A stretch of 64,000 nucleotides of DNA. It comes from Myxococcales bacterium. GTDB lineage: Bacteria; Myxococcota_A; Polyangia; Polyangiales; Polyangiaceae. Under the pieces are notes generated by a model that was given only the letters and a program-made list of their open reading frames with translations, had not been told where the DNA came from and searched no databases. Position numbers and translations under genes: made by a program. Each line of letters starts with the position of its first letter. Position 1 is the stretch's first letter. The stretch spans positions 42,625 through 106,624 of the forward strand of contig JADIZX010000009.1 in assembly GCA_016704525.1 (NCBI GenBank). Reading direction: 5' to 3'. Below, in pieces: positions 63,607 to 64,000 of the stretch.

Positions 63607-64000
63607 ATGACCAAGGGAGTGCACCCCGATGCAAGAGCCTACGTCCGGGAGGTGTTCGCGGAGCTCCTACGGAGCCGCTCGCAACGGGAGCTCGCCCACG
63701 AGCTGGACGTGCATCAGAGCCGTGTGAGCACCGCATTGAACGTGGGGCGCGTGGCTCCGGAGACGCTCGAGCGGGCTGCAGCACTTGCGGGGCGCTCGCC
63801 CGAGGAGGTGCGCGACGCGCTCTCCACGATCGGTCCGGGGCTCATTCAGCAGAATTTCCCGGGCGTACCGACGGCAGCTCGCGTGACCCGCCACGAACTG
63901 TCTCTTGAGCCCGCAGTGCTCGCGGTCAAAGCCTACGTGCCGAACGCCACCCCGGATGAGGCCGCGATTGTGGCAAGCGCCCTGCAGCGCTGGGGCATGC
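63607..64000 (+). CDS. Cro/XRE-like HTH protein, 3' partial (open to window end)
   Basis: ATG at 63607, no stop before 64000. HTH core SQRELAHELDVHQSRVSTALNVGRV. Divergent arrangement with the cI-like gene across an 80-bp intergenic region. Confidence 0.5.
   Translation, partial: MTKGVHPDARAYVREVFAELLRSRSQRELAHELDVHQSRVSTALNVGRVAPETLERAAALAGRSPEEVRDALSTIGPGLIQQNFPGVPTAARVTRHELSLEPAVLAVKAYVPNATPDEAAIVASALQRWGM

Overview
This is a ~70% GC chromosomal segment that looks myxobacterial. It carries a MYXO-CTERM sorting tail (GCGCG-hydrophobic-RRR), four eukaryotic-like Ser/Thr kinases, many lipoproteins, and in-frame low-complexity coding repeats. Genes are densely packed on both strands. Housekeeping and metabolic genes include gluQ, hpt, proB, glgA, an acyl-CoA-binding protein, an aldo-keto reductase, a PhyH dioxygenase, a PHB-mobilisation pair (phaZ and bdhA), a class III nucleotide cyclase, a PlsC-family acyltransferase with an epimerase, and an Ssu/Tau-type ABC transporter. 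The most system-like feature is a ~1490-aa Ser/Thr kinase, cyclase-homology, STAND AAA+ and TPR protein whose stop overlaps, in an ATGA arrangement, the start of a patatin-like phospholipase. Other features are a BlaI-BlaR1 pair next to an Omp85-like barrel with two TACA-N2-TGTA operator dyads, and an ArsR-SRPBCC operon behind an AT-rich palindrome. There is a divergent pair of paralogous ATP-grasp ligases and a low-GC glycan-modification islet (N-acetyl-sugar amidotransferase plus GNAT). The 3' end holds arr (rifampin ADP-ribosyltransferase), ydeI and a clpS-like gene beside mobile-element debris: a ParB-like pseudogene, a tandem 93-bp repeat and a divergent cI/cro-like HTH pair. Non-coding structure includes a CTAG-terminated MITE-like element (one full and one partial copy), a ~300-bp imperfect palindrome, an enriched CTAGCTAG octamer at gene ends, and a clean rho-independent terminator. 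Two likely frameshifts were seen; one sits at a C5 tract and splits a ~1130-aa membrane protein. No rRNA, tRNA or CRISPR arrays were found. All coordinates come from the supplied ORF track by codon arithmetic; start codons in this GC-rich DNA are uncertain by tens of bp. Many long Arg/Ala-rich antisense ORFs in the track are treated as GC artefacts.
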